Source: an uncultured Nitrososphaerota archaeon (GTDB lineage: Archaea > Asgardarchaeota > Njordarchaeia > Njordarchaeales > Panguiarchaeaceae). Taken from it: a DNA stretch of 26,716 bases. Shown here piece after piece: positions 1-8,599 of this stretch. Within the stretch, counting starts at the first letter, position 1. Every line of letters begins with the position of its first letter. The stretch covers positions 15,001 through 41,716 of the forward strand of contig CAZWPQ010000012.1 of the NCBI GenBank assembly GCA_964636085.1. The letters run 5' to 3'. The translations under genes and the position numbers were made by a program. The notes below the pieces were generated by a model. The model ran no database searches. It saw only the letters and a program-made list of their open reading frames with translations, and was not told where the DNA came from.

Positions 1-2
1 CT

Positions 3-302
3 TCTTTAGAGCTAATACTTGAGATAGGGATCGATAACATTCATACAAGAAATAGAAGACTTATCAAAGAGTTGAGAGAAAAGCTTTTGGAATTCAAAAG
101 TATCAGGATATGCACTCCCATGGACTCTCCATCGTCCATATTTCTAATAAAAATTGCGAATCATAAAAGAGCTTTAGAGGAACTAAGGAAACAGAGGATA
201 ATTGTTTCACATAGAGCAGGGGGACTAAGAATATCTCCCCATTTCTACAATAATTACGACGATATAGACGCATTGGTCACAATACTTGAGGGATCCTCCT
301 AA
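3..302 (+). CDS. Class-V PLP-dependent aminotransferase / cysteine desulfurase-like protein, C-terminal fragment (5' partial)
   Basis: Frame is open from position 3 (SLELILEIGIDNIHTR...) to TAA at 300-302. It ends with the class-V motif RAGGLRISPHFYNNYDDIDAL. Confidence 0.85.
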   Translation, partial: SLELILEIGIDNIHTRNRRLIKELREKLLEFKSIRICTPMDSPSSIFLIKIANHKRALEELRKQRIIVSHRAGGLRISPHFYNNYDDIDALVTILEGSS

Positions 303-321
303 GCGTAGATAGTTTCTTATC

Positions 322-337
322 AAAAAATCTTATATAG
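322..337 (+). promoter_or_regulatory. Putative archaeal BRE/TATA promoter
   Basis: A-run (AAAAAA) followed by TTATATAG about 25-30 nt upstream of ATG 360. GGTGTGGTG RBS-like element sits just before the ATG. Confidence 0.45.
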
Positions 338-359
338 ATATATGGTAGAGGTGTGGTGC

Positions 360-2195
360 ATGAAAAAAGGTTTGCCTATATTTGTTATATCTCTATTTGT
401 CTTACTTTGTGTTTCTAGCTTATTTTACTTTCCAGATGCTGTGGATAATCCTGGACACACTCGCCATAAAGTATATGAGGGAGACTATACCCTGTCTCTT
501 CTGGATAAATCAGCATCGAGTGCCAGGGATGAAATAATTATACTATTAAATAAGACAATAGGAGTATTAGAAAATTTATCTTGGGATCCAGTATATGGTG
601 GTTATTACCTAGAATTTAATTCTTCGGGACCTGTTGATGATCGTAAGATCCTTTTTACTTTGGGATCTTCGATTGGAAGCTACGCCCTAATGTACAACTT
701 GACAAATAATGGGACATATCTACAGCTAGCCTATAGGGATATGGATTGGATCGATAGTTTCATACATAACGGTTACTATTATCTTTACTTTTATCGAAAC
801 TTTTCGTCTCCATCAATCCCGCATCTAGGCTATAGTGCAACGGGATATAATACATTAGGAGGTCTGCTAAACGTAATTTTAGGTTTGTCATACTTGTATA
901 ACATAACTGGAAACGTTACAGTTTTAAATAGAATGGAAAGTATGTGGAGCTATGTTTATAATAACTTCTGGGATAATAATTATGGGGGCCTACATGGTCT
1001 ATCAGATGTTGGAGATTATGTTAAAGGTTCTGGGACTCTCGGTTTATATGTATATTTAAGTTATATTTTGTACAAAATAACTAATAATTCTACGTACTTT
1101 AATACGATCAACGATTGTATAGTAGCTTTGGAAAAAATGTGGTATTCGGGTTTCCTTCACAGCTATAACGATGACTTCTCGATTTATAATTCATATAGAT
1201 TCGGTCCAATTAATGTCTTCTTGTATCCTTTATTGGCATATGCCACCGCTTATGCTATAACGGGCAATGAATCGTATCTCGATCGTATAGATACTCTAAT
1301 AAACTACATGTTGACCTATGACTATGACGATACATATGGTGGTCTATATTTTAGGTTGGACACAGATTATACACTTCTTGATGATAGAAAACAAATATAT
1401 TCTCACGGAGCGCTATTAATCTCTCATGTTTTACTTACTCGTGTGTTCGATATTAACATTAGTGAGAATATGTATAATTTGGTGATAGAGGTAAAGGATA
1501 TCCTGATGGATAAGATAAGTAAGTCTGTATACTTGCCAACATATTATACATCAGACTGGAGCATGGTTTATTCAGAGGGTCGATCAAAGGAATCATTCGT
1601 AGCGATGCTAGGTTTAGCATATCTATGCAGTATGTATGATGTATCCCCTCCAATCATAGAGGAGATAGGTCATGAGGTACTTGAATACAGAATTAAGATA
1701 TACGCAAAGATAACGGATAGGAGTCCAATAGAAAATGTTACCCTTAGTTGTCTATATAACATTACAGACACATGGTATAGAACAGTGATGTCAATAAATA
1801 ATAGTGGTTTTTATATCGCATATATCCCAACTCCATTAGCTAATGCTACTATAAGTGTTAATATAACGGCTATTGATGTGTATAAAAATGTAAGAGTTGC
1901 ATCGTATGCATTTGGGTTTGAATTATACTTAGAAAATGTTACCACATTAACCACCACAACAACGGTAGAACAGGAAGTTACAACAACATACATATACAAT
2001 ATAACAACAACGGTATTCTCCGCCATAAACCGCACAGTCAATCAAACAATAACCTCGATCTATAGTTTTGCCACTACAATTATTAGAGAGAACGTTCTAA
2101 CTACAGTGATGATTCCGATGGTAGTATTGGTAGCGATAATTGTTGCGGCAATATTTGCAACTAAACGCAAACCCCAATATGAAAGTATAAGCTAG
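360..2195 (+). CDS. Secreted, C-terminally membrane-anchored six-hairpin (alpha/alpha)6 protein of the AGE-epimerase/GH76-like superfamily, with Ig-like domain and Thr-rich linker
   Basis: Signal peptide MKKGLPIFVISLFVLLCVSS (ATG 360 preferred to 342 because of the RBS). Repeated W/Y-D-x-x-Y-G-G motifs (WDPVYGGYY, WDNNYGGLH, YDDTYGGLYF). DVSPP...AIDVYKN Ig-like unit, TTLTTTTT linker, hydrophobic C-terminal helix followed by KRK. Many N-x-S/T sequons. Confidence 0.7.
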   Translation: MKKGLPIFVISLFVLLCVSSLFYFPDAVDNPGHTRHKVYEGDYTLSLLDKSASSARDEIIILLNKTIGVLENLSWDPVYGGYYLEFNSSGPVDDRKILFTLGSSIGSYALMYNLTNNGTYLQLAYRDMDWIDSFIHNGYYYLYFYRNFSSPSIPHLGYSATGYNTLGGLLNVILGLSYLYNITGNVTVLNRMESMWSYVYNNFWDNNYGGLHGLSDVGDYVKGSGTLGLYVYLSYILYKITNNSTYFNTINDCIVALEKMWYSGFLHSYNDDFSIYNSYRFGPINVFLYPLLAYATAYAITGNESYLDRIDTLINYMLTYDYDDTYGGLYFRLDTDYTLLDDRKQIYSHGALLISHVLLTRVFDINISENMYNLVIEVKDILMDKISKSVYLPTYYTSDWSMVYSEGRSKESFVAMLGLAYLCSMYDVSPPIIEEIGHEVLEYRIKIYAKITDRSPIENVTLSCLYNITDTWYRTVMSINNSGFYIAYIPTPLANATISVNITAIDVYKNVRVASYAFGFELYLENVTTLTTTTTVEQEVTTTYIYNITTTVFSAINRTVNQTITSIYSFATTIIRENVLTTVMIPMVVLVAIIVAAIFATKRKPQYESIS

Positions 2196-2225
2196 CATGG
2201 CTAGGGGTATTAATTAGACTCTTAC

Positions 2226-2232
2226 TTTTTTT
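2226..2232 (+). terminator. Possible archaeal oligo-T terminator
   Basis: T7 run about 30 nt after stop 2195, in the gap between two convergent genes. Confidence 0.35.
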
Positions 2233-2256
2233 ATACCAATACTTAGTGTTGCTTTT

Positions 2257-3006
2257 TTACATATCTGCGATTCTAAGGATTATCCCAATGTTAATAAATA
2301 CGTGTAGATAAGACAATACGGCAATTATGATGAGTGTCTCAAGATATAGGCCTAGTATGCTACCAATAAATATTATGAACAGCCTAACATCCCTTGTGGC
2401 TATGGGCATGCCGCCAATAGCTCGAGGATCCACACCCATGGATGATTCGCAACGCGCCCTAAAGTAACTGACAAGGATGGAACCAGATAGTGCCATAAAC
2501 ATTATAAACATTAACATGTCAATCCTATACTTAGTACATAATTCTTTCAATGTATAAATAGAGAAACAGGTAAGTACTAAGACATCTACGATTCTATCCA
2601 TTATGGAGTCTAAAAGTGCCCCAAATTTACTCTGCTTATTAAGCATACGGGCGATTTCGCCATCGATCCCGTCAATAATTGATGCTATCTGAACAGCAAT
2701 ACCCGCGATTATAGGGGCGTTTAAAAGATAAATAAGAGCCGAGGCAATACCAAATAGGGATACGGCAATGGTTACTTTGTTGGGAGAAACATCCCCAAAT
2801 TTAGAAACAATGAATCTGGATATCGGGGCCGATAATCTCCTGTTAATATACCTAGATACAAGACCATCCGTAGGTTTACCCAAGTGCTGTTTTTTAGCAA
2901 TACTTTCATGGGTGCTATCGTGCTGGTTTTGTATTATGGATCTATGAATGATCGCTATGTCATCATCGCCTGCATTTACCTGGGTTTTCTGAGGCATATG
3001 GCCCAC
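2257..3006 (-). CDS. CDP-alcohol phosphotransferase, di-myo-inositol-phosphate phosphate synthase (DIPPS)-like
   Basis: Signature DGIDGEIAR-x-SKFGALLDSIMDRIVD and SPNKVT. The N-terminal KPTDGLVSRYINRRLS and C-terminal ATRDVR segments are typical of DIPPS domains. Confidence 0.85.
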   Translation of the reverse strand: MGHMPQKTQVNAGDDDIAIIHRSIIQNQHDSTHESIAKKQHLGKPTDGLVSRYINRRLSAPISRFIVSKFGDVSPNKVTIAVSLFGIASALIYLLNAPIIAGIAVQIASIIDGIDGEIARMLNKQSKFGALLDSIMDRIVDVLVLTCFSIYTLKELCTKYRIDMLMFIMFMALSGSILVSYFRARCESSMGVDPRAIGGMPIATRDVRLFIIFIGSILGLYLETLIIIAVLSYLHVFINIGIILRIADM

Positions 3007-3267
3007 CCCTATATGAATATTGACGCGAGAATAACAGCAAAAATGCTATCACTCCAGTACTTTCTAATTGTATGACGTTTTATAAAGTAGAACATATTAG
3101 GGACTCTCTCAATCAATTTTTATGAGGTTTTGACACATTTGCATGTGATATCCCAAGATTTTGAGTGGATGAGATCTAAACATAGGTTTTATAAGTGGAG
3201 TTTGGAATACTTTATAGAATCTTTACACGGTTTTTGATTATTTTACTGCTTTTCCCAGCCCCTATTA

Positions 3268-6200
3268 TTGGTGCTCGCAACGCGGTGGATATTGGTACTG
3301 ATGTTACTACTGGCCTTGACTCCAAGCCCAAATTTTAATGCCCCTAGAAAGGAAGAGAGTGAGAGTCATTTTGGTATAGATGAAGGCAAAACATATGCTA
3401 TATTAGCTGGTAGGCTATATAAAACTATAATGCATGAGCGAGTAATTCACTTGAAAGTGCTTGGATATCAGGAAGAAACGGGATGGATGGATCCATACTA
3501 TCGGCTTGCGGCTTACTGGGCCCCCACAATATATCAGTACACCTATAGTTACTACACGAAGGGTGATTATATAACGAGCTTTAATTATGATGGAGATTGG
3601 GTAGGTAATAATAATTGGGAAAATCTAGAAAGCTACAGTCAACTTTGGGCCCATGTATATTATGCAGTTATGGAAACAGAAACCCATTACTTTATCTTCT
3701 ATATGCTATTTCACCCACGTGATTGGAGTGCCGCGTTGCCTTATTTTGATGAGCATGAGAATGATATGGAGGGAGCAATGCTTGTAATATCTAAGGATGG
3801 AACAAAGTATGGTAGTCTCTTAATTATGGAGACGAGGGCGCATACAGATTTCTATCAATATAGTAGTGATCCAAACATAACTTCTGGGAGTGATGATGTG
3901 GATGGTCCTATAGTTTGTGACGTATATAGGCCCTGTCTGTATGTGGAGGCTCAAGGACATGGGGTTTATGGAGATGCTGATAGGGTAGATAATTTGTATT
4001 CATATGATGGAATTATAACATATAGGTTCGAAAATAACAATACAGAATACCCCACAAGCGGAGATGATGAGAATGTATCCTACGCGCTTCTATCAATCCT
4101 AAAATTTTTGTGGCCCAGAAGATATGATATGGGTGATGGGAGTACGTATGATCAACCATTCCTGTACCAAGGTGCTAGATTTTCGTTTGTTAATGAAATA
4201 CCAGCGGCCTTTGATGGCGATAACGGGAGTGGGGACGATAAAGCAAATCCTCCATGGGGGATGGATGATGGAAATGATGGAGATGTGTATCAAGGAGACT
4301 GGTTTTTTGATCCCGCATACACAGTCTATACGCATCTTATAATTCCATATAATTTCTCCCTAAACTATACCTATAATCCCTATCTAATTGAGGAAGGCCC
4401 CGAATTCAATCCACCCGTCATTGATGTCTATTCGCCACAAAGTTATGAATATGTGCTTGATAGCAATGTTAACATCTCATGGAATGTTAGTGATGAATTC
4501 GACATTTTTAACATTTCCGTTTATATCGATGGAAATATTATATACACAGGCAAATCGAAGGGATACAATGAGATACATGTGGGACTAAGCGACGGCAAGC
4601 ATGCCCTGAATATATGTGCGGTTGATATTTGGGGAAACTATAGATGGGTATACAGGGAGTTCTATGTCGATACAAAACCACCAATATTAGATATTTTAGA
4701 TCCTAAAAATAATAGCTATCACAATGCATCCGAGATAACCATAGAATGGTCAACATGGGATGAGAATGGAGTGGAAAGAGTTGAGATCTATGTGGATAAC
4801 TCACTCTATGATACTGTTCCTGGGAGCGTAACTAATTATGAGGTCAGTGTAGGGGAGGGGCAACATATCATTCGTTTGGTATCTTGGGATAATGCAGGTC
4901 GAAGTAGCGAGGAGATAGTAAATATAATCACGGATCTCACGCCTCCCAGTATTGATGTGTTATCCCCCGAAAATAATAGCCAAATGATGTATGATGACAA
5001 CGTTACTATAAAATGGAATGCTTCGGATAATCAAGGGATAGATCATTACGAAGTCAGGATAGATAATCAATCCTGGATAAACGTATATAAGAATGAAAGT
5101 ATAGAGTTTTTTAACCTATCTCTCTATAATCACGTCGTATATATAAAGGCCATAGACTTGGCAGGAAACATAGAAGTGGCGATGGTTAATTTCTCTCTGA
5201 ATCCATCGGAGCCCATACTAACTAATGCGAATGAAAACGCCAGCGTAGCGATAATTTCTGCTTCAGATATAGTGATGTGTTGGAGCATTGAAGGAGACTA
5301 TGATCACGTAGAACTAATCATCGATAATAGTGAGGTAATTGATGTTGGGAAAAGAACAAACTATGTATTTAGAAACCTTGGAGAAGGCCTTCACAATATA
5401 ACCATACGTGTGTTCTACCCTGCGGGCGATTGTATCAATAAAACATACAGAATTATGGTGGATCGATCTCAACCTCAAATATATTCTCTTTCATGCACAC
5501 CGGTAGATGCTACTGACAATAATACTGTAATAAGATGGGAGGCGTCGGATGGGTTGTCTGGAATAGAGCACTATGAAATTAGGATAGATTCTGGAGCTTG
5601 GATATTTGTTGGGAACAATACAGAATTTATCCTCGATGCAAGCGGTCTACAGGATGGCTATCACCTAATTATACTGCGGGCATACGATATGGCTGGAAAT
5701 GTCGCCCAGAGAGCAATGATACTTATAGTAGATAGAATAGCCCCAACGATAGAGATATTGCATCCTCAAAACAATACATACATCGCATCGAGAACAATAG
5801 TGATATCGATTAGGGCTACTGATAATATGGGTATTAGAGCCGTTGAGATCCTGCTAAATAACTCGCTAGTCCTTAAGGCAGTATTTGTAGAAACGATAAC
5901 GATAGAGAATTTAAGCGATGGGAACAATATACTTACTGTCAAAGTGTATGATTACGGGGGGAACGTTGAAGAGAAAAAAATAGTTTTTGATATAGACACA
6001 ACACCACCAAATCTTAGAATTATTGCTCCGAGGGACACAGAACAAATAAATGGGTCTAGCATGGATGTAGAATGGACATGCGACGAGGAATGCACATATT
6101 ATATAAGACTTGATGACTCAGAATGGATATACAATGAAAACAAAACATTCTACACATTCTACAATGTAGGGCAAGGAGTACACGTAATATATGTAATCGC

Positions 6201-6600
6201 CAAGGACAAAGCCAATAATACTATATGTCAGACAACAATTGTTGTAGTAGAGCCGCAAGAAAAAAGGCATTATGACGTACTAGGTAGAGTTTATCTGGGC
6301 GGAAATCATTCAATAAGTATTGTTGCTAATGACATTGCAAACAGGACGGCGAATGCTACGAGAAGATTTGCTATTGATCTTTCCATAGAGCTCATGGTTC
6401 CTTGTGCGGATAATGGCTCTTGGATAAATAGGAGCTGGACAAGTATATCTTGGACAATATATGGCTACATTTGGAGGGGCATCACTATTGGTGTATATCT
6501 TACGCTCCCAATGATAACCATATTGTTCCCTAAGAATAATAGTGTAATTGAGACAAACACAAGCACTATGGTTGTGAAGCTTAGGCTCACGCTCCAGTAA
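3268..6600 (+). CDS. Large secreted/surface protein: N-terminal NPP1/Vps62-like domain plus tandem Ig-like repeats
   Basis: Signal peptide RWILVLMLLLAL. Head has LAAYWAPTIYQ, YFIFYMLFHPRDW, EHENDMEG and YVEAQGHG. Seven D-x-x-P-P...G-x-H-x-I-x-x-x-A-x-D-x-x-G-N Ig-like repeats follow. Confidence 0.75.
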   Translation: MVLATRWILVLMLLLALTPSPNFNAPRKEESESHFGIDEGKTYAILAGRLYKTIMHERVIHLKVLGYQEETGWMDPYYRLAAYWAPTIYQYTYSYYTKGDYITSFNYDGDWVGNNNWENLESYSQLWAHVYYAVMETETHYFIFYMLFHPRDWSAALPYFDEHENDMEGAMLVISKDGTKYGSLLIMETRAHTDFYQYSSDPNITSGSDDVDGPIVCDVYRPCLYVEAQGHGVYGDADRVDNLYSYDGIITYRFENNNTEYPTSGDDENVSYALLSILKFLWPRRYDMGDGSTYDQPFLYQGARFSFVNEIPAAFDGDNGSGDDKANPPWGMDDGNDGDVYQGDWFFDPAYTVYTHLIIPYNFSLNYTYNPYLIEEGPEFNPPVIDVYSPQSYEYVLDSNVNISWNVSDEFDIFNISVYIDGNIIYTGKSKGYNEIHVGLSDGKHALNICAVDIWGNYRWVYREFYVDTKPPILDILDPKNNSYHNASEITIEWSTWDENGVERVEIYVDNSLYDTVPGSVTNYEVSVGEGQHIIRLVSWDNAGRSSEEIVNIITDLTPPSIDVLSPENNSQMMYDDNVTIKWNASDNQGIDHYEVRIDNQSWINVYKNESIEFFNLSLYNHVVYIKAIDLAGNIEVAMVNFSLNPSEPILTNANENASVAIISASDIVMCWSIEGDYDHVELIIDNSEVIDVGKRTNYVFRNLGEGLHNITIRVFYPAGDCINKTYRIMVDRSQPQIYSLSCTPVDATDNNTVIRWEASDGLSGIEHYEIRIDSGAWIFVGNNTEFILDASGLQDGYHLIILRAYDMAGNVAQRAMILIVDRIAPTIEILHPQNNTYIASRTIVISIRATDNMGIRAVEILLNNSLVLKAVFVETITIENLSDGNNILTVKVYDYGGNVEEKKIVFDIDTTPPNLRIIAPRDTEQINGSSMDVEWTCDEECTYYIRLDDSEWIYNENKTFYTFYNVGQGVHVIYVIAKDKANNTICQTTIVVVEPQEKRHYDVLGRVYLGGNHSISIVANDIANRTANATRRFAIDLSIELMVPCADNGSWINRSWTSISWTIYGYIWRGITIGVYLTLPMITILFPKNNSVIETNTSTMVVKLRLTLQ
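4405..6255 (+). repeat. Array of about 7 Ig-like protein-domain repeats within the surface protein
   Basis: Repeats start at FNPP, DTKPP, DLTPP, NPSEP, DRSQP, DRIAP and DTTPP. Each is about 85-90 aa with W-x-A/V-S-D and A-x-D-x-A-G-N-like motifs. Similarity is at protein level only. Confidence 0.75.
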
Positions 6601-6613
6601 GCGAACGATAAAA

Positions 6614-6880
6614 TTAAAGTCCCCTATATGCTTCCCTACGGTGTCGAATATAGTATACTGTTATGACTTTATTCCCTTCGTCTACATGGTATATTATTCG
6701 GTAATCTCCTATACGTATTCTAAAAAACTTTTCGGTTTTAGTTATCTTTCTTACTCCACGAGGATACGGATTGTCCCTTAGGGACTCTATAATCTCCAAT
6801 ATCCTGCGTATAAACTCTCGAGGAATCTTATTAAGATCTTTCTCAGCAGATCTCTTCCACACTATACTATAAGACTCCAC
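6614..6880 (-). CDS. relE: RelE/ParE family type II toxin
   Basis: YSIVWKRSAEKDL...NPYPRGVRKI...FFRIRIGDYRIIY...IRHRREAY. Overlaps the upstream antitoxin by 14 nt. Confidence 0.92.
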   Translation of the reverse strand: MESYSIVWKRSAEKDLNKIPREFIRRILEIIESLRDNPYPRGVRKITKTEKFFRIRIGDYRIIYHVDEGNKVITVYYIRHRREAYRGL

Positions 6881-7076
6881 GCTCCTTTAGCCTCTTTTTA
6901 ATCTCCTCAAAGGAAACCGTAGGTTCATCTCTCCTCTCAGCAATAACCGCAAGGTCGTGAAGATCTTCTAGAAGCTCATTATACTCGTCAATGGGTACAA
7001 CAACCGCGATCTTATTCCCAGAAGCATCAACAATATACTGTACCTCAGAACCACGAATCCTCGCCCGAGAAGACAA
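6867..7076 (-). CDS. Antitoxin of the RelE-type TA pair (Phd/YefM-like/RelB-type)
   Basis: 69 aa: QYIVDASGNKIAVVVPIDEYNELLEDLHDL...SFEEIKKRL. TTG start after GGTGTGGTG RBS. Lies directly upstream of relE. Confidence 0.85.
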   Translation of the reverse strand: MSSRARIRGSEVQYIVDASGNKIAVVVPIDEYNELLEDLHDLAVIAERRDEPTVSFEEIKKRLKERGVL

Positions 7077-7536
7077 CGCACCACACCCATGTATTCAAAT
7101 AAAAAACACAAGAATAAATATTAAAAAATGTCGCAAAAGAACATAGCTACCGAGGGTGCGCCCAAATTTTTTATTTTTAATGCAACCACTGGTATTCCTA
7201 GACACAATGTGGGCTGACATCGATTTGAAAATAAACGCAGACACAAAAATACACAATAAAAGATGGAAAATCACTTCCGCAAACACCAATAAAACATGGA
7301 TTGGGAATAAGGAATCTTTCAGCAACCGAGATTGGGACATTAAATGCTTATAAGAACATGCTAGCTCGAATTTTGATTGAAGGTGCAGAAGTTGGATCGG
7401 GGGAGTAAGTGTGGTCTCACGATGACAACTTAACACGGTCTATATATCTAGCATCGCGACCAGTATGGGGGTCATAGCCATACTTTTTGATAGATAGAAA
7501 AATTCAAACAATCCAGTAATGAGTGATTTTCTCCTT

Positions 7537-7544
7537 TTTATAAG
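7537..7544 (+). promoter_or_regulatory. Putative TATA box of vapBC
   Basis: TTTATAAG about 36 nt upstream of ATG 7580. Confidence 0.5.
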
Positions 7545-7555
7545 GTATACTAATT

Positions 7556-7569
7556 CATATAATTATATG
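7556..7569. promoter_or_regulatory. Perfect 14-bp palindrome, putative antitoxin operator
   Basis: CATATAATTATATG is its own reverse complement and lies between the TATA box and the vapB start. Confidence 0.5.
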
Positions 7570-7579
7570 GTGTTGGAAA

Positions 7580-7837
7580 ATGGCGATAATTCCCGTAAAG
7601 ATAGATTCGAGTACTGTGAAGCTTATAGATGCTCTCGTCGATTTGGGGATTTTTCGGAGTAGAAATGACGCTATTAGGAGTATGATTGTCAATGGTCTCA
7701 AAACATTTTATCAGCGAGTATTTGACGAAGAAATTATAGAGGTGGCAAAAAAACTGCTGGAGATCAAAGAGCCAATAATGATAGTTTCCACAAAAGAAGC
7801 ATGGGAAATTGTGGCTGAGGAGCGTGATAGGTTTTGA
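7580..7837 (+). CDS. vapB: Ribbon-helix-helix (CopG-like) antitoxin, VapB-type
   Basis: IIPVKID...LIDALVDLGIFRSRNDAIR RHH pattern and EIVAEERDR tail. Stop overlaps the PIN gene start (TTGA). Confidence 0.85.
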   Translation: MAIIPVKIDSSTVKLIDALVDLGIFRSRNDAIRSMIVNGLKTFYQRVFDEEIIEVAKKLLEIKEPIMIVSTKEAWEIVAEERDRF

Positions 7838-8379
7838 GTACAATTTATCTTGATACTTCGGTACTAATAGCAAGTCTTAAACCTAAAGACAAAGACCATA
7901 TTTGTGCTAGGAAGATTCTTGATTCAGGATTAACCAAAAAGATATCATATATAACGGTTACCGAGATGATATCTGTAGTATCCAGACTAATTCAAGCGTG
8001 CCAGATCCAACTAAGTGATGAGGCAAGGGAGTTGTTGGATCCCCTCAGTTTTGACAAAAAGATTAAAGCGATAGTGCTTTACATTATTTTGAGGTACAAT
8101 ATTAATGTCATAGGTTGTCTCGGGGTTGTCCATTCTGGGATTGATCGTGTGGAGCTACCAATCGAGTTTGCTGAAGCAATAAAAATCGCTCCAAAAACTA
8201 GGCTTAAGACGCTTGATAATCTTCATATCGCTACGTTCAAACTTAACAAGAAACCTGAGTGCTTAGATTTCCTAGTAACTGGGGACAGGGATATGCTTAA
8301 CAAAGCTGCCGAGATTAGAGAAATAATAGAAACATTAATACTCTCTCCTGAAGAAGCCAGTAAGAAACTGGTTGTATGA
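7834..8379 (+). CDS. vapC: PIN-domain toxin, VapC-type
   Basis: IYLDTSVL, TVTE, LKTLDNLHIA and LVTGDRD carry the acidic PIN active-site residues. Confidence 0.9.
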   Translation: MSTIYLDTSVLIASLKPKDKDHICARKILDSGLTKKISYITVTEMISVVSRLIQACQIQLSDEARELLDPLSFDKKIKAIVLYIILRYNINVIGCLGVVHSGIDRVELPIEFAEAIKIAPKTRLKTLDNLHIATFKLNKKPECLDFLVTGDRDMLNKAAEIREIIETLILSPEEASKKLVV

Positions 8380-8599
8380 AGTCTAGACTGCTTAGATTTC
8401 TTCCTTTTATGGATTACTAGCCGAATTGTATTTATCAGAGTTTTGACTATTTAAGGGTCAAATAGATATAATGTTGGATAGGATGTAGTCGCTTCATATG
8501 ACTCTTAGATAAAAATAAATGTTGCCAACTATGTTTATGTTTGGAAAGTTTTGGTGACCCAGCACGTCCTAAGGGGTTTTGTCGTAATAGTTACTAGCG

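Noticed and set aside
7095-7436. ORFs 7095..7436 (-) and 7156..7353 (+) between the TA pairs
   Set aside because: No recognisable motif, atypical composition, and they overlap the probable promoter region.
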